Position numbers and translations under genes: made by a program
Assembly: GCA_963811105.1 (NCBI GenBank)
Contig: CAWEPZ010000011.1
Span: 832,001 to 896,000 of the forward strand
Length of the DNA stretch: 64,000 nucleotides
Direction of reading: 5' to 3'
From: Candidatus Bathyarchaeota archaeon
Lineage (GTDB): Archaea; Thermoproteota; Bathyarchaeia; Bathyarchaeales; Bathycorpusculaceae
Shown here: positions 17,767-28,985 of the stretch, piece by piece
Position numbering within the stretch: the first letter of the stretch is position 1
How the letters are laid out: the number at the start of each line of letters is the position of its first letter
Notes under the pieces: model-generated
Database searches by the model: none
What the model saw: the letters and a program-made list of their open reading frames with translations, nothing else
What the model was told of the DNA's origin: nothing

Positions 17767-19155
17767 TTACTGGTTTTTTAGTTTTTGATTCTGTAAGCTA
17801 TTGATTATTAACTTAAAGAAATTATACAGTCTAAACTTGCTTACCCATAAAAATCCCGATAGCAGTACTGTGAAACCTAGAAATTGAAAATTCATCACAA
17901 GGTTACCTTCGCTCGCTGGGGTATAATTATGAAAAGTATACCCTAAAGTCTGGTTCATTGTTACTCTGAACAACAGAAAATTAGATGTCGAAAGCTTGTT
18001 CGCAGAAAAAATTTCTGAGATTATGGCTGATGCTAAGAGAAGAACCCCAATTGATACGATTGAAAAAATGCGTTTTCGATGAGTATTGATCGCTTGTTTG
18101 GTTGAATTTAAGAGTGAAAAGGATTTACCTACTATTGAAGCTGCTATCAAACTAAAAAAGGGCAATGATTGGTAGTCATATTTAATGGCGTTGTTGTAAG
18201 GTGCCTTAAGATTCAGACCTGCCCCCAAAACCATGTTGGTAATTAAAATTGGCAAAATTGAAGCAAAACAAATTAGATCAAAATAATAGATTTTTGGAAA
18301 ACGTTCTCTGAATGCAAAAGATATAATCATCGAAAAAATAGTTGCAATTACAAAAAAGCTTCCTAAACCGTAGTTCCAAACAAAAAAACCAACAAAAGAA
18401 TAGGAAGGAACTACCCCAGAATAATTAAGGTCGCTAAAATCACTATGAGCAAATATAGTTATCATTGATTTACCTAAAATAACTCCATACCATAAGAAAG
18501 ACAGCAAAAGTACAGGTAAAAGAAAAGAGATTAACTGGCTAAAGACTAGGCGAGCTTTCTTTGGGTGAGAATAAACATAGAAGAGAAACAGCGGAATCAG
18601 CATAAAGGCGGCAAAATACTTGGTCAGCAGGGCAGCAGCAAAAATCACTCCTGAAACCAGAGAAAGCTTAACTGAATATCTGCGAAAAGCGATGATTCCA
18701 ACATATAAGCTGAGTAGACTAAAGAAAAGGCATTGGACGTCTATGAGGAAGCCTCTTGAAAGCACAAGTTCCCAGGGGCTTAACGCAAAGAGTGCTGCTG
18801 CAAATAACCCTGTTGTTTTGCCATACAGTTCTTTTCCTATTTTGTATAGGACTATAGTGCTTCCAAGTCCAAGCAAGGTTACAAAAACAGTGCCCGTGCT
18901 TATCGATTCACCAAAAATCTTTAAGAATAATGCTTCAATGTAAAAACCTAATGGCGGCTGGTTAATCAAGTTGCCCATTGTATTAACATATGGCATACCC
19001 CATTTGATAACGCCAGTTGCAGCTTCGAATTCCCAAAGCGAATCTCCATTAAGAAAGGGACCTATTGAAAGCGAGACAAAAGTAATCCCTAATAGAAGGC
19101 TGAAAAGAGGATAATTTTCATCCAATATTTTTCTTAAACCAAATTTGTTAAACAT
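17767..19155 (-). CDS. GT-C glycosyltransferase (family 39/PMT_2-like)
   Basis: NQPPLGFY, GKELYGKTTGLFAAALFALSPW, LIDV, LLTKY; many TM helices. Confidence 0.85.
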   Translation of the reverse strand: MFNKFGLRKILDENYPLFSLLLGITFVSLSIGPFLNGDSLWEFEAATGVIKWGMPYVNTMGNLINQPPLGFYIEALFLKIFGESISTGTVFVTLLGLGSTIVLYKIGKELYGKTTGLFAAALFALSPWELVLSRGFLIDVQCLFFSLLSLYVGIIAFRRYSVKLSLVSGVIFAAALLTKYFAAFMLIPLFLFYVYSHPKKARLVFSQLISFLLPVLLLSFLWYGVILGKSMITIFAHSDFSDLNYSGVVPSYSFVGFFVWNYGLGSFFVIATIFSMIISFAFRERFPKIYYFDLICFASILPILITNMVLGAGLNLKAPYNNAIKYDYQSLPFFSLIAASIVGKSFSLLNSTKQAINTHRKRIFSIVSIGVLLLASAIISEIFSANKLSTSNFLLFRVTMNQTLGYTFHNYTPASEGNLVMNFQFLGFTVLLSGFLWVSKFRLYNFFKLIINSLQNQKLKNQ

Positions 19156-19374
19156 TTCTATTCCATTTAGAATTTGAATTTGGAATTGGTGGTAGACTTT
19201 CTCCTCAGCAATCTTAGTTTATGCTACTGACCTATTAGATGGTAATTTTAATTAAAACTTTCCATTCAATTAAATTGTATAATAATCGAAACATGTTTTT
19301 TTTCACTTCATGATTTTACGAGATCGTTTTCCCCGGGGATAAACACCTTTCTCCAGCAATCGGAAATTCATATC

Positions 19375-21066
19375 TCACCTGAATGACTCTAGGAAAATCC
19401 TATATGGACTATTTCCAAAGCTTTTTTCATCAGTGAACCTTCCGGAGTCATTCATAGAGATTTTGATGGTACCTATCGTCAATGTTGTGTTGAAGAATTG
19501 AAAGATTGGTGCATTATCGTAAATGAACAAGTATTTTACATTATTCTGCTCACAAAGTCTGACGAGTTCGTCCACATTGAAGTTAGGCTGGTATGTATCA
19601 ACCGCTTGTTCAGGATATTGGAATACTTGATTTTGTCTATTATTCACTTGGAGATAAAAACTCACTATATCTTTGCTTAACTCGTTGAAAGGACCAACGA
19701 CCAATATCGACTCATTTTGACATAGTATTTCAGATAAGTAGTTAGTTGCTTCTTCGACAGGCAAACTTTGCCGGTTCTTATATATCATCCAAAGAGTTGT
19801 GTCAGCGCAATTCCACCCGAATGAAAATAATATAATTGTCAATACGAGAATGGCAGTTAATCTTCTGCTAAACCTCCCCCTGATCTTCTTTTTAGCAATT
19901 GATGGGACCGATTTTAGGTAGTTCCCATTTTTGTTGTATACAAAAATCATTGCCTTTGCAGCGGCGATTGCCAAAACTGGAAGAGCCACGAACATATAGC
20001 GCCAATCCTTGTTCCCTATTAGAGTAAAAAAAACATAAGCGATAATAAACCATGCAAGCAAGAATTTGTCTTCAGGTTTTCTTTTCCAAGCGAATAAGCC
20101 TAAACCAACCAAAGCGAAAATATAAACAAAAATTGACACAGGAGCGAAACCATAAGGTCCATAAGGCCATGTCATTGCGATCAAATAAAAAACAGGCGAT
20201 GGAAATTGTGAATCATAGGCAGATTTCTGTGGACTACCCATCGTTAACACATAAAGCCATTGATTAAGAGTTTGGTCCCTAAAAATTTGAAAAGTGATCA
20301 AAAACCAGGGTACTGCAAAAGCGGCGACTATTAAAAATAACAAAAGAATAAACCCCAGCTTCATTTTAAGACGATCACGTCCAAAAATAAACACACCGAC
20401 AATCATTACAAGTCCAGCAACAACCGCGGGGTATTTGGCAAGAAAGGCTAGACCCAGAGCAATGCCACTGAAAATGACATATCTATTTTTGTTTGTTCTT
20501 AACCAATCATAGAAAAAAAAGAGCGAAAGCGAAACAAAAAACAAAAGCATTGTTTCTATCATCGATAACCGTGAAAGTAATACAAAACCGGGCATAACGC
20601 CGAGCAGAAGGGCTGAAAGCAGGGCTACTTTTGATCCAGAAGTTGAATTAACGAATTCAAATACTACCCATATTGTGAGAATGGCAAAGACTACTGAAAC
20701 CAATCTAGCATTGAATAGGCTCACACCCCCAATTCCAAAAAAGCCGGCAGTTATTAAGTCATAAAGTGGTGGATAAAAAGGACCCTGACTCAAATAACTG
20801 TTGAAGTTTCCATGCAAAAGCATTATGCCTATGTTCAAGTGAGGAATTTCGTCCCATATGGCAGACATGCTTCCCAAATAAAGCAACAAAAAAAAGGCGT
20901 AAACTAAAATGAAAATTAAAAAGATTATTCTTGCCTTGCCCAGTCGATTTCTTAAAGTTAGGAAGACATGACTCAAACCGGTTTTCCCAATCGACTTAAA
21001 GCGCGTGCCAATATCCGGCCTAATTATAACCTTGCAGATAAAATGCAAGCGCTTGCTGTGTAACAT
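19375..21066 (-). CDS. GT-C glycosyltransferase (family 39/PMT_2-like)
   Basis: WDE motif, FYPPLY, ARLVS, SRLSMIE, LAFLAKY, KDWRY; many TM helices. Start may lie downstream. Confidence 0.85.
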   Translation of the reverse strand: MLHSKRLHFICKVIIRPDIGTRFKSIGKTGLSHVFLTLRNRLGKARIIFLIFILVYAFFLLLYLGSMSAIWDEIPHLNIGIMLLHGNFNSYLSQGPFYPPLYDLITAGFFGIGGVSLFNARLVSVVFAILTIWVVFEFVNSTSGSKVALLSALLLGVMPGFVLLSRLSMIETMLLFFVSLSLFFFYDWLRTNKNRYVIFSGIALGLAFLAKYPAVVAGLVMIVGVFIFGRDRLKMKLGFILLLFLIVAAFAVPWFLITFQIFRDQTLNQWLYVLTMGSPQKSAYDSQFPSPVFYLIAMTWPYGPYGFAPVSIFVYIFALVGLGLFAWKRKPEDKFLLAWFIIAYVFFTLIGNKDWRYMFVALPVLAIAAAKAMIFVYNKNGNYLKSVPSIAKKKIRGRFSRRLTAILVLTIILFSFGWNCADTTLWMIYKNRQSLPVEEATNYLSEILCQNESILVVGPFNELSKDIVSFYLQVNNRQNQVFQYPEQAVDTYQPNFNVDELVRLCEQNNVKYLFIYDNAPIFQFFNTTLTIGTIKISMNDSGRFTDEKSFGNSPYRIFLESFR

Positions 21067-21399
21067 AGCTACATCCTGATAATCATTGTTTTTTGTTTAA
21101 GCAGACTTTTATGATTTGTGGAAGAACAGGATTTCTCGTTTGACAATAGAGGATTGAACTGAATTTACGTGCTCTGTTATTCCTTAATGTCTCTTTTGGA
21201 GTTCAACTGGCTTTTGATGAGGTTTCTTCGTGTTTTCGAGAAAGTCGCTTTTTATTTCAGTTTCGTTTGCCAAATAAATGAACAAGAATTTGATGGTAGA
21301 CTTTGGCTTATTAGTTATCAGTTTTTGGACACTTTGCTTAATTTGCTTCATGTAAGTGAACAACACCCAGAGATTTCGAATAAATAATTTGCTTCCTAT

Positions 21400-21803
21400 G
21401 CATGCAGGTTTTTCATGACGAAGTGTACGTTGAATAAGCATGGAAGGACGTTGTGGCGTTGGGAACACGCTGAAGTGCTGGATGAGCCGAGGGAGAGGAT
21501 GCTTCGTGAGCCTGAGAAGATGGCTTTAAGGAAGGAGCTTGTGGAGCATCCGTTTGGGACTATGAAGCGAGCATTCAATCAAGGTTATCTTCTGCTCAAG
21601 GAACTTAGGAAAGTGAGCGGAGAAGTGGGCTACACTATGCTGGCTTACAATATGAGGCGCGTTCTGAACATTCTTGGACCCGGGTTCACGCGGGTTTTCT
21701 GGTGAAGTCGGGGAAGAATGGAAGTAGAAAGGCAGAGAAACAGGGTTTTAGCAACCTTGAAGCCTTGACGCTCAAAGTAAACAATGAATTTTCACACGGT
21801 CTC
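21400..21803 (+). mobile_element. IS1182-family remnant: 3' part of transposase plus right terminal inverted repeat
   Basis: ACRFFMTKCT..GR..RWEH..RKELVEHPFGTMKRAFNQGYLLLK..KVSGE..LAYNMRR is a typical IS1182 transposase C-terminus. TTTTCACACGGTCTC at 21789-21803 resembles IS1182 ends. The segment is more GC-rich than its flanks. Confidence 0.8.
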
Positions 21804-21942
21804 TTCAATCACGCGCGCTGAGTTGCTTAAATTGGTTGAAATTTCGCCCGATTTTTTAATTAATAGATACAATTTTTTATTTAATATCAGGCAAAAGAAT
21901 TATGCTAAAACGAAATTTTGACATAACTTAATTAGGTTAAAC

Positions 21943-21996
21943 AACCCTTGCTAAGGGTTATGAGCATAGGCTTAACTTTGGTTTGCCTCGTGCTCA
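21943..21996 (+). promoter_or_regulatory. Inverted repeat and leader hairpin upstream of paralogue 3
   Basis: AACCCTT-GCT-AAGGGTT (21943-21959), then TGAGCAT-AGGC..GCCT-C-GTGCTCA (21961-21996), then GGAG RBS. Confidence 0.55.
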
Positions 21997-22016
21997 AATT
22001 TGGAGAAAAAACAAAA

Positions 22017-24611
22017 ATGAATTCAAAAAAAGTTAAAAAAATGAAATATTTTGCTGTTACCGTTGCAATTCTAATGCTAACGTCTATTCTACTGACAGTA
22101 AATCCAGTTCAAGCGCAAGTCGTTGACCAAGGCGGAGAAAACCCCAGCACTCCTGGCGGGTCAATTCCGCTTCCAGCAGGTGTCACTCCTGACCTATCAT
22201 ACCAAACCATTGCTTACATCAGCTTCAGACCAAACCCCATCGGAGTCAACCAGCCTCTACTCATCAACGTTTGGCTAGAACCACCAACACACGTAGCACG
22301 ATACTTCACAAAAGCCTTCCAAGTAACTCTAACCAAGCCAGACGGAACAACAGACTCTCAACTATTGACATCATACTACGGAGACACAACCTCGTACATG
22401 GACTACAACGTAAACCAAGTCGGCAATTGGCAGATTAGACTTGACTTCCTTGGCGGATACTTCGCAGCTGGAAACTATACTTCAAGTGCAGCATTCACCC
22501 TGAACCAGACATTAAACGCACCTCAAAGTGTTTACTATAAGCCGAGTACAAGCGGAACCTTCAACTTTACCGTGCAACCCAATGTAGCGCTCTCATGGCC
22601 CGGTGCTCCACTTCCAACAGATTACTGGTCAAGACCAGTGAACCCATTAAACAGAGAATGGTGGTCAATTCTAGGCAACTACCCAGGCGTAGGAGTCTCA
22701 TCTCCTCCAGGCAATCCAACCTGGCCAGCCGACACAAATCTACATGTTCAATCTCTCTATAACTTCGTCCCCTATGTGCAAGGACCATCAAGCTGTCACA
22801 TAGTATGGCAGCAACAGACCGCAATCTCAGGCATGATAGGAGGCACCTTGTATCAGTTATCCAACACTGGTGTCAGCGGCACTCCAAACATAATCTATGC
22901 TGGCAGAGTTTACGCTACCTATGCAAAACCAGGAACTGGAACGACTGCAGTGACCTATTGGAAATGCTATGACCTTCAAACTGGACAACTTTACTGGGAA
23001 AGACCATTGGCAACAGGTGAATCAGCCCCAACACAAATTATCTACATTACAAGGACAGTATCTGCTGTTACTGGAGACACCGCTTCTCAGAGAAACCTAG
23101 GCGCAGCACTGATGTTTGTAGGTGGAGGACGAATAGTAACCTACGACCCATCGACAGGCTCTGTTATATGGAACGTTTCAATATCGCCCTTTACAAGTGG
23201 CACCTTCATTTCTAACGATGTAACTGCACCCGACTTCTTGACTATACAAACTCTCGGTTCAGGCTCAAACACACAGTACCGTCTAATTAACTGGACTATA
23301 ACAGGCGATATAGCTTACCCAGACTTAGTCAACCGCAGAGTAGGTGTAATTAGCAACGTATCATTTCCATCAAGCAGCTTAGGCACTATGGACCTCGATG
23401 CTGGCGTAACTGTTCTTTCAACAGCTGTAAACATACCTGCCTCAGTAGGCGTCTCTTATAGCTACATTTTAACTGGCGTAAGCCTCATAACAGGACAAGT
23501 ACTATGGAACATAACAACAGATGCATCCTCAGGCTTGGGTGGCTTTTACAACCCGAGCACCGCATGTGCTGACCACGGATTATTCGCAGTTCGCTTGAAT
23601 GACGGATTATATCATGCTTGGAATATTCAGACTGGAGCAGTGGCATGGGTCAGCCCATTATCAAGCTATCCATGGGGAGAATTCGGCGGATACGACACAT
23701 CATCAGCCTACGGCTTGCTTATCTACCCACAATACGACGGTGTAGTAGCCTATAACTGGACGAACGGTCAAATCGTGTGGAACTGTCAATACAAAGCTCA
23801 ATATCCATACGACAATGCTTTCGGCGAAACTTATCCATACGACGGTGCTTGCATGATTGCTGACGGAATGGTTTATGTAGCCAACACTGAACACTCACCC
23901 AGCCAACCAGTGGAGCGAGGATATGCACTAAGATGCATAAACGCATCCAATGGTCAAGTGATATGGAGTATATTAAACACAATAAATCAAGCTGCGATCT
24001 CAGATGGCTACCTAATAGGCATGGATATCTATAACGGCATGCAGTACGCGTACGGCAAAGGATTAAGCTCCACTACAGTCACATCATCTCCAGCGGTCAC
24101 AACACAGAGCAACCAAGTATTAATTCAAGGCACAGTGTTAGATCAATCCCCTGCACAACCAGGCACTCCATGCGTATCACATGAATCAATGGAAACACAA
24201 ATGGAATACTTGCACTTGCAACAGTCAATCCAAGGCGTCGCTGGTAATGCAACCATAACAGGAGTTCCAGTTCTGTTAACCGCTATAGGCTCTGACGGCT
24301 CAGTATACAATATCGGCACAACTACAACCAACGGATACTTTGGTACATTCGCATATGCTTGGACAGCACCAAAAGTTGACTCCTACACAATAACCGCTTC
24401 ATTTGCAGGAGACGACTCTTACGGCAGCTCATCAGCAGCAACGGGGCTATCAGTAGGTGCAGCCGCATCAACAACACCTACACCAGCTACACCAGCACCT
24501 TCAAACCTCGCCACCACAACAGACTTGATGACCTACATAGTTGTCGGAGTAATCGCTATAATCATCGCTATAGCAATAGTTGGCTTTGTACTCTACAGGA
24601 AAAAACAATAA
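22017..24611 (+). CDS. Large secreted PQQ-like beta-propeller surface protein (paralogue 3)
   Basis: Same motif series as paralogue 2. The ATG at 22017 after GGAG is preferred over the track's TTG at 21948. Confidence 0.9.
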   Translation: MNSKKVKKMKYFAVTVAILMLTSILLTVNPVQAQVVDQGGENPSTPGGSIPLPAGVTPDLSYQTIAYISFRPNPIGVNQPLLINVWLEPPTHVARYFTKAFQVTLTKPDGTTDSQLLTSYYGDTTSYMDYNVNQVGNWQIRLDFLGGYFAAGNYTSSAAFTLNQTLNAPQSVYYKPSTSGTFNFTVQPNVALSWPGAPLPTDYWSRPVNPLNREWWSILGNYPGVGVSSPPGNPTWPADTNLHVQSLYNFVPYVQGPSSCHIVWQQQTAISGMIGGTLYQLSNTGVSGTPNIIYAGRVYATYAKPGTGTTAVTYWKCYDLQTGQLYWERPLATGESAPTQIIYITRTVSAVTGDTASQRNLGAALMFVGGGRIVTYDPSTGSVIWNVSISPFTSGTFISNDVTAPDFLTIQTLGSGSNTQYRLINWTITGDIAYPDLVNRRVGVISNVSFPSSSLGTMDLDAGVTVLSTAVNIPASVGVSYSYILTGVSLITGQVLWNITTDASSGLGGFYNPSTACADHGLFAVRLNDGLYHAWNIQTGAVAWVSPLSSYPWGEFGGYDTSSAYGLLIYPQYDGVVAYNWTNGQIVWNCQYKAQYPYDNAFGETYPYDGACMIADGMVYVANTEHSPSQPVERGYALRCINASNGQVIWSILNTINQAAISDGYLIGMDIYNGMQYAYGKGLSSTTVTSSPAVTTQSNQVLIQGTVLDQSPAQPGTPCVSHESMETQMEYLHLQQSIQGVAGNATITGVPVLLTAIGSDGSVYNIGTTTTNGYFGTFAYAWTAPKVDSYTITASFAGDDSYGSSSAATGLSVGAAASTTPTPATPAPSNLATTTDLMTYIVVGVIAIIIAIAIVGFVLYRKKQ

Positions 24612-24629
24612 ACATAAAACCAAACCCTA

Positions 24630-24652
24630 ACTTTCTTTTTTTATTTTTTTTT
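24630..24652 (+). terminator. Archaeal oligo-T terminator
   Basis: ctttcttttttattttttttt directly after the stop. Confidence 0.45.
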
Positions 24653-24816
24653 ATAGCTTTCTTATCCGACAAGAAAACGAGTTGACAACGTTAGATAAGA
24701 CTTCACAACCTCAGAAAAGAGTTTACCGGCTTGTGTCAATTTTAAGGCTGTTAATCGTCAATTCTATTTCAGAGGTAATCCTGTTTGAGAATACCTTTCT
24801 TCTGAGCGTTGGGTCA

Positions 24817-26172
24817 TCAGATTTTTGCAGTGTTCACAATTTTATTTTTTTTATTTTTTTCATACACGAAGGCGCATGCTATAACTATTGCGATAATAAA
24901 TACTGACACGATACTGTAAACTTCAATTGAAAGGTCTTGTTCAGCTCCTAAGCAATATAAATAACCATCATCAGACCCTATGTATAGTCTTCCATTGGCA
25001 ATTGCAGGAGAGGACTTGATTAATCCTTCAGTTTTATACTTCCACGTATACGCTCCAGTTTTTTCGTCTATACAGTAAGTACATTCGTCTTCTGAACCCA
25101 CAAAGACTTTGCCCGCGGCAATAGCCGGAGAAGAAATTACTGCATCACCTGTTTTAGATTTCCATACAGTTGATCCATCTCCAGCATTCAAACAATAGAC
25201 AAATCCATCATTTGAACCCACAAAGATTTTACCTTCATCAATAGCAGGAGATGAAGACATCGGCAACTCGAATTCTCTAGCCCATATTATGGCACCTGTA
25301 TTTTCATTTAGACAATACATCCATCCAGGCACACTAGTTTCGCCTATGAATACCATGCCGTCAATAACGGTAGGAGTGGCGGAAATTATATTCAATCGAG
25401 GCGAGAAACTCCATAGAAGATCTCCAGCGTCAGCGCCAAAGCAGTAAAACTTGAACCCTGGAACCAAAGAACTTATGAAAACCTTGCCGTCAACGACTGT
25501 AGGAGAAGCCATCCGAGTTCCAGTTTTGTATTTCCACAATAAGTTCCCTGAAGTTGCATTTAAGGAATAAACATAAGTGTCAGAACATCCGATGTAGAGT
25601 TTACCGTCAACAACTGCTGGAGAAGAATCAAAAGCACCACCTGCTTGGTACTTCCAAAATAATGATCCATCACTACCATTAAAAGAATAGACGTATCCAT
25701 CATTTGATCCTACAAAGACTCGAGCATCAATAACAGTTGGAGATGAACCTTCTATCTGGTTTCCTGTTTCAAACTTCCATATCTGTGCTCCTGTAATTGC
25801 ATTTAAGGCATAGACGAAGTGGTCTCTAGAACCTACGTAAACAATACCATTAACTACGGCAGGAGAAGAATCTATTGCTCCTCCAGTTTTAAATCTCCAC
25901 AAAAGATTGTCGGCAGTTGGCGCTGGGCTTTGGGTGAAGCCAGTATGAGAGATATTATTATGGAACATAGGCCACGAATATTGATAATTATCGGCACTAG
26001 CTGACAGCGCATTGCTCGCTAGAATTGGACTAAACACGGAAAAAGCAACTACAAGAACTACAAAGAAAGCTGTAAATTTCCCCCCTCCTTCGAACAATAT
26101 TCTTTCCTTCTTTTCTTGTAGATTAGCTATTAGAGCAAAACGCAAACTAAGATAAGTCTTTCGGGATTTCAC
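24817..26172 (-). CDS. BamB-like PQQ-repeat beta-propeller protein, paralogue of 16029-17357
   Basis: YSWPMFHNNISHTGFTQSPAPT..LLWRFKT and repeated SSPA..G..GS.D motifs; C-terminal TM. True start likely downstream. Confidence 0.9.
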   Translation of the reverse strand: MKSRKTYLSLRFALIANLQEKKERILFEGGGKFTAFFVVLVVAFSVFSPILASNALSASADNYQYSWPMFHNNISHTGFTQSPAPTADNLLWRFKTGGAIDSSPAVVNGIVYVGSRDHFVYALNAITGAQIWKFETGNQIEGSSPTVIDARVFVGSNDGYVYSFNGSDGSLFWKYQAGGAFDSSPAVVDGKLYIGCSDTYVYSLNATSGNLLWKYKTGTRMASPTVVDGKVFISSLVPGFKFYCFGADAGDLLWSFSPRLNIISATPTVIDGMVFIGETSVPGWMYCLNENTGAIIWAREFELPMSSSPAIDEGKIFVGSNDGFVYCLNAGDGSTVWKSKTGDAVISSPAIAAGKVFVGSEDECTYCIDEKTGAYTWKYKTEGLIKSSPAIANGRLYIGSDDGYLYCLGAEQDLSIEVYSIVSVFIIAIVIACAFVYEKNKKNKIVNTAKI

Positions 26173-26295
26173 GTTCCATCTATTGGCAACTTAAAAATAA
26201 AGCGCAAACAAACAACTGATTGTTTTAATGCTTTTTAAACCTCCATATAGGATATAGTTGTCTATTAAAGAGAGTTGAAGTTTTACCTGAAAAGA

Positions 26296-27033
26296 TCAAG
26301 AACTTTGTTTAGTCAATGAATTCGTTTTTTTCCTCCTCCAAAAAAATATGACAACCAAAATAGCTGTGATAACAGCCGCTCCTACTCCCGCTGATTCTAT
26401 GAAAAATATGTTAGTTGGCATATTATAGTCAACGATAAGGGTTGGGCCATTATTCAAGTTTCTAGAATTAAAGACAGCTGGTTCCTTAGCTGATTGAACG
26501 CTTTCCAGAATTAAGGATATCATCGACCTTCCTGTTAAGGCAGATGTAAGGTTGAATTCATAATTTACATCTGGATCGTTGACATTAACAACTTGAATTG
26601 GGATATTGGAGCCTGGAAATTGTGCGTTATTCCAAGTAATTCCTGTCTCTGTCCATGAAACATCTTCACTAACAAAAACTCCAACTTGATTGTGCGATCT
26701 GGTTCCCCAGACTGCTGTATGCATTCTCAGAACAATTGAACTTACAATTGCTTGAGGAGGAATTTGGGAAAGATCAAATTTTAACCAAGTGTTAGCCAGG
26801 GGACCTATTAAGTTGGTGCTATTGAGTCCAGCGCTTGCTTCCGCAACGCTCACATTATAATCATGCGAATACAAGAAGATGGAATTGCCAAAATTGGTGG
26901 CAGGAGAGGCGCTATCAACATAGGAGTTCGCAATAGCATCAATGGAGATTTCGTTAGTAGCTTTAACATTTGGCACCATAAAAGCTGCAAGAATCGTTAT
27001 CGCAATTACAAATGCTACAATCTTTTTAGGCAT
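26296..27033 (-). CDS. DNRLRE/CBM96-like domain surface protein with C-terminal TM
   Basis: NSYVDSASPATNFG, WLKFDLSQIP, WTETGITWNN, FNSR..GPTLIVDY; signal peptide from MPKK. Confidence 0.75.
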   Translation of the reverse strand: MPKKIVAFVIAITILAAFMVPNVKATNEISIDAIANSYVDSASPATNFGNSIFLYSHDYNVSVAEASAGLNSTNLIGPLANTWLKFDLSQIPPQAIVSSIVLRMHTAVWGTRSHNQVGVFVSEDVSWTETGITWNNAQFPGSNIPIQVVNVNDPDVNYEFNLTSALTGRSMISLILESVQSAKEPAVFNSRNLNNGPTLIVDYNMPTNIFFIESAGVGAAVITAILVVIFFWRRKKTNSLTKQSS

Positions 27034-27193
27034 TAATGGACCATTTCCTCTATTTGCGCCTTTAGCCAACCATCTCGCTGTTATCATTCAAATGTTCTTT
27101 ATTCTATGATGTAATTGTAAGATTTAAGAATGGAGGGTTGGGGAAATGTGGCCAATTGTCGTTAACAAAGACTTTCAATACCATACTCTGTTA

Positions 27194-28141
27194 TTATTGG
27201 GCAAAGACGTAGCTTGTTTCGTTGATGACTTCAGTTTGCCAGGTGCCTTTCCAAATAATTCCGTAAGGAATTCCAATGGAAGGGGCTGAGTAGTCTGCCA
27301 CAATGGTGTAAATGGCGTTTGGAACAACGGGATAGTTAATTGTAACGTTCCAGCCTTGGCTATAGTACATGTATGTTTCTGAACCTACAAGATTTGGAGG
27401 AGTTGTTCGTCCTCCAGTCCAAACTAGGTTTTTCGTGAACTGGGTTGTTTCGGGATGGTTGGATTGGATATAGTACATAACGCCGTCGCGGACTTGCTCT
27501 TGCGATGAAAGCTGAGAATTTACTATGGATACCTGTATTGGCGGTGTTTTCAGTCCGTATGAGGGACCTGTTTCTCCTATAATGTTGTATGTTCCTGGGG
27601 AGACTTGGGTTTCTTGTTGTGGTTGGTTGTTGCTGGTCTGTTGCCAGATGTAAGTTCCTGTAATGTTTTCTTGTGGTTTGAGAGGCATTATCATAATGAA
27701 CATGGCGAATGCGCGGCCTTTTGACCATTGGAATATGATGTTGTTTGAGTCATTATTGATTAGAAAGTCAAAGTCTTGACCAGAATGATTGAAGCTTACG
27801 GTCTGATTACTAATGTTGGTGATTGTAAGCGTGATGTTAATGGGTTCGCCAAGAACGTACTGGGTTTTTTCAATAGACATTGTTAGTTCTAGGCCATCAT
27901 CAGAAGCAAAATCGATGGGCGGTATTGTTGTTGATGTTTGAGTAACTGTTGGTGTTGAAGTGGATGTGGGAGTTGTTATGGGAGTTGGTGCAGGCGAAAT
28001 AGTATTTGTGCTGTTCTGCATTGTGTTGCTTGATGGCACTTTTTCTGGGTTGTTGGTTAGGCTCCAGCCCACGGCGCCGACGCTAATCACTACGATAACG
28101 ATTATAACGATTGCTAATAATTCTCTTGGAGTTGGCGTCAT
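27194..28141 (-). CDS. Membrane-anchored protein with Thr/Pro linker and BsuPI-like Ig domain
   Basis: N-terminal TM, T/P-rich linker, LTITNISNQTVS..SGQDFDF..FQWSKGRAF..W...PGTY. Confidence 0.65.
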   Translation of the reverse strand: MTPTPRELLAIVIIVIVVISVGAVGWSLTNNPEKVPSSNTMQNSTNTISPAPTPITTPTSTSTPTVTQTSTTIPPIDFASDDGLELTMSIEKTQYVLGEPINITLTITNISNQTVSFNHSGQDFDFLINNDSNNIIFQWSKGRAFAMFIMIMPLKPQENITGTYIWQQTSNNQPQQETQVSPGTYNIIGETGPSYGLKTPPIQVSIVNSQLSSQEQVRDGVMYYIQSNHPETTQFTKNLVWTGGRTTPPNLVGSETYMYYSQGWNVTINYPVVPNAIYTIVADYSAPSIGIPYGIIWKGTWQTEVINETSYVFAQ

Positions 28142-28292
28142 ACTGTCTTAACCTTAACTGCATTAATTATGTTGCATAAGCAAGTTCTTAATGCTATGCT
28201 GGGAAACGGAATGTTCCAACTGGTGGAACAGATAAGATCCTGAATTGCTAAAGTGCTTTAGCGCATTATTTCGGGATAAGAAGGCTGCTGGA

Positions 28293-28886
28293 CTATTTAT
28301 TGAGGGAAGGTAGTAGGTTTGCGCCCATGCCGATTGTCCAAATGAGGTTTGGGTAGACAATCATTCTTTCCATTCCCCCAACACCGATTCCTAAGTAATC
28401 TGGTCGTGTCGTAGCAAAAAGAAAGAGAGCAAAAAGTGTTGCAAATCCCAATATTACCGAAAAATATCTGAAAGGCCCCTTAGTGATTCTGTAAGAAGTA
28501 ACTGCAGCTATTCCACCAAAAATAAAGGAAACGATTGCGGCGATGGAGTGAATAAGAGGAACTCCATTAACCAAAAATGTGTTCTCTGGAAATATTCCAA
28601 CTCCAATCGGACCTAAACCCGCCAAGACAAATAAGCTTGTGATTACGCCCCTTTTGAATTCACGTTGAATAAAATATGCACTTATCAAAATCGTTAAGCC
28701 TAACAAGATTATTGATGGATTAAAGATTGTGGCTGAGGGCTTATTCCATACTCCCAAATCACTAATGTAGTTTCTAGATACGCTATAATTTGGGTAAACC
28801 GCTTCCGCGACAATCATTCCCAAGGTAAACTGCAAACCACCGACAAGAAGCAAAGCTCCAGCAATCGTTTTGTTGTCAGAATCCAT
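28293..28886 (-). CDS. DUF998 family membrane protein
   Basis: YPNYSVSRNYISDLG, GVGIFPE, H..AA, GGMER motifs. Confidence 0.8.
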   Translation of the reverse strand: MDSDNKTIAGALLLVGGLQFTLGMIVAEAVYPNYSVSRNYISDLGVWNKPSATIFNPSIILLGLTILISAYFIQREFKRGVITSLFVLAGLGPIGVGIFPENTFLVNGVPLIHSIAAIVSFIFGGIAAVTSYRITKGPFRYFSVILGFATLFALFLFATTRPDYLGIGVGGMERMIVYPNLIWTIGMGANLLPSLNK

Positions 28887-28985
28887 AATACAAATGCTAG
28901 TGAGATAGTATTTAACGATTTTTTATCAGGCGGGTCTACTTAAAATCGTTTTTTATGTGGGTCTTTACGGCAATAAGTTTTTATG

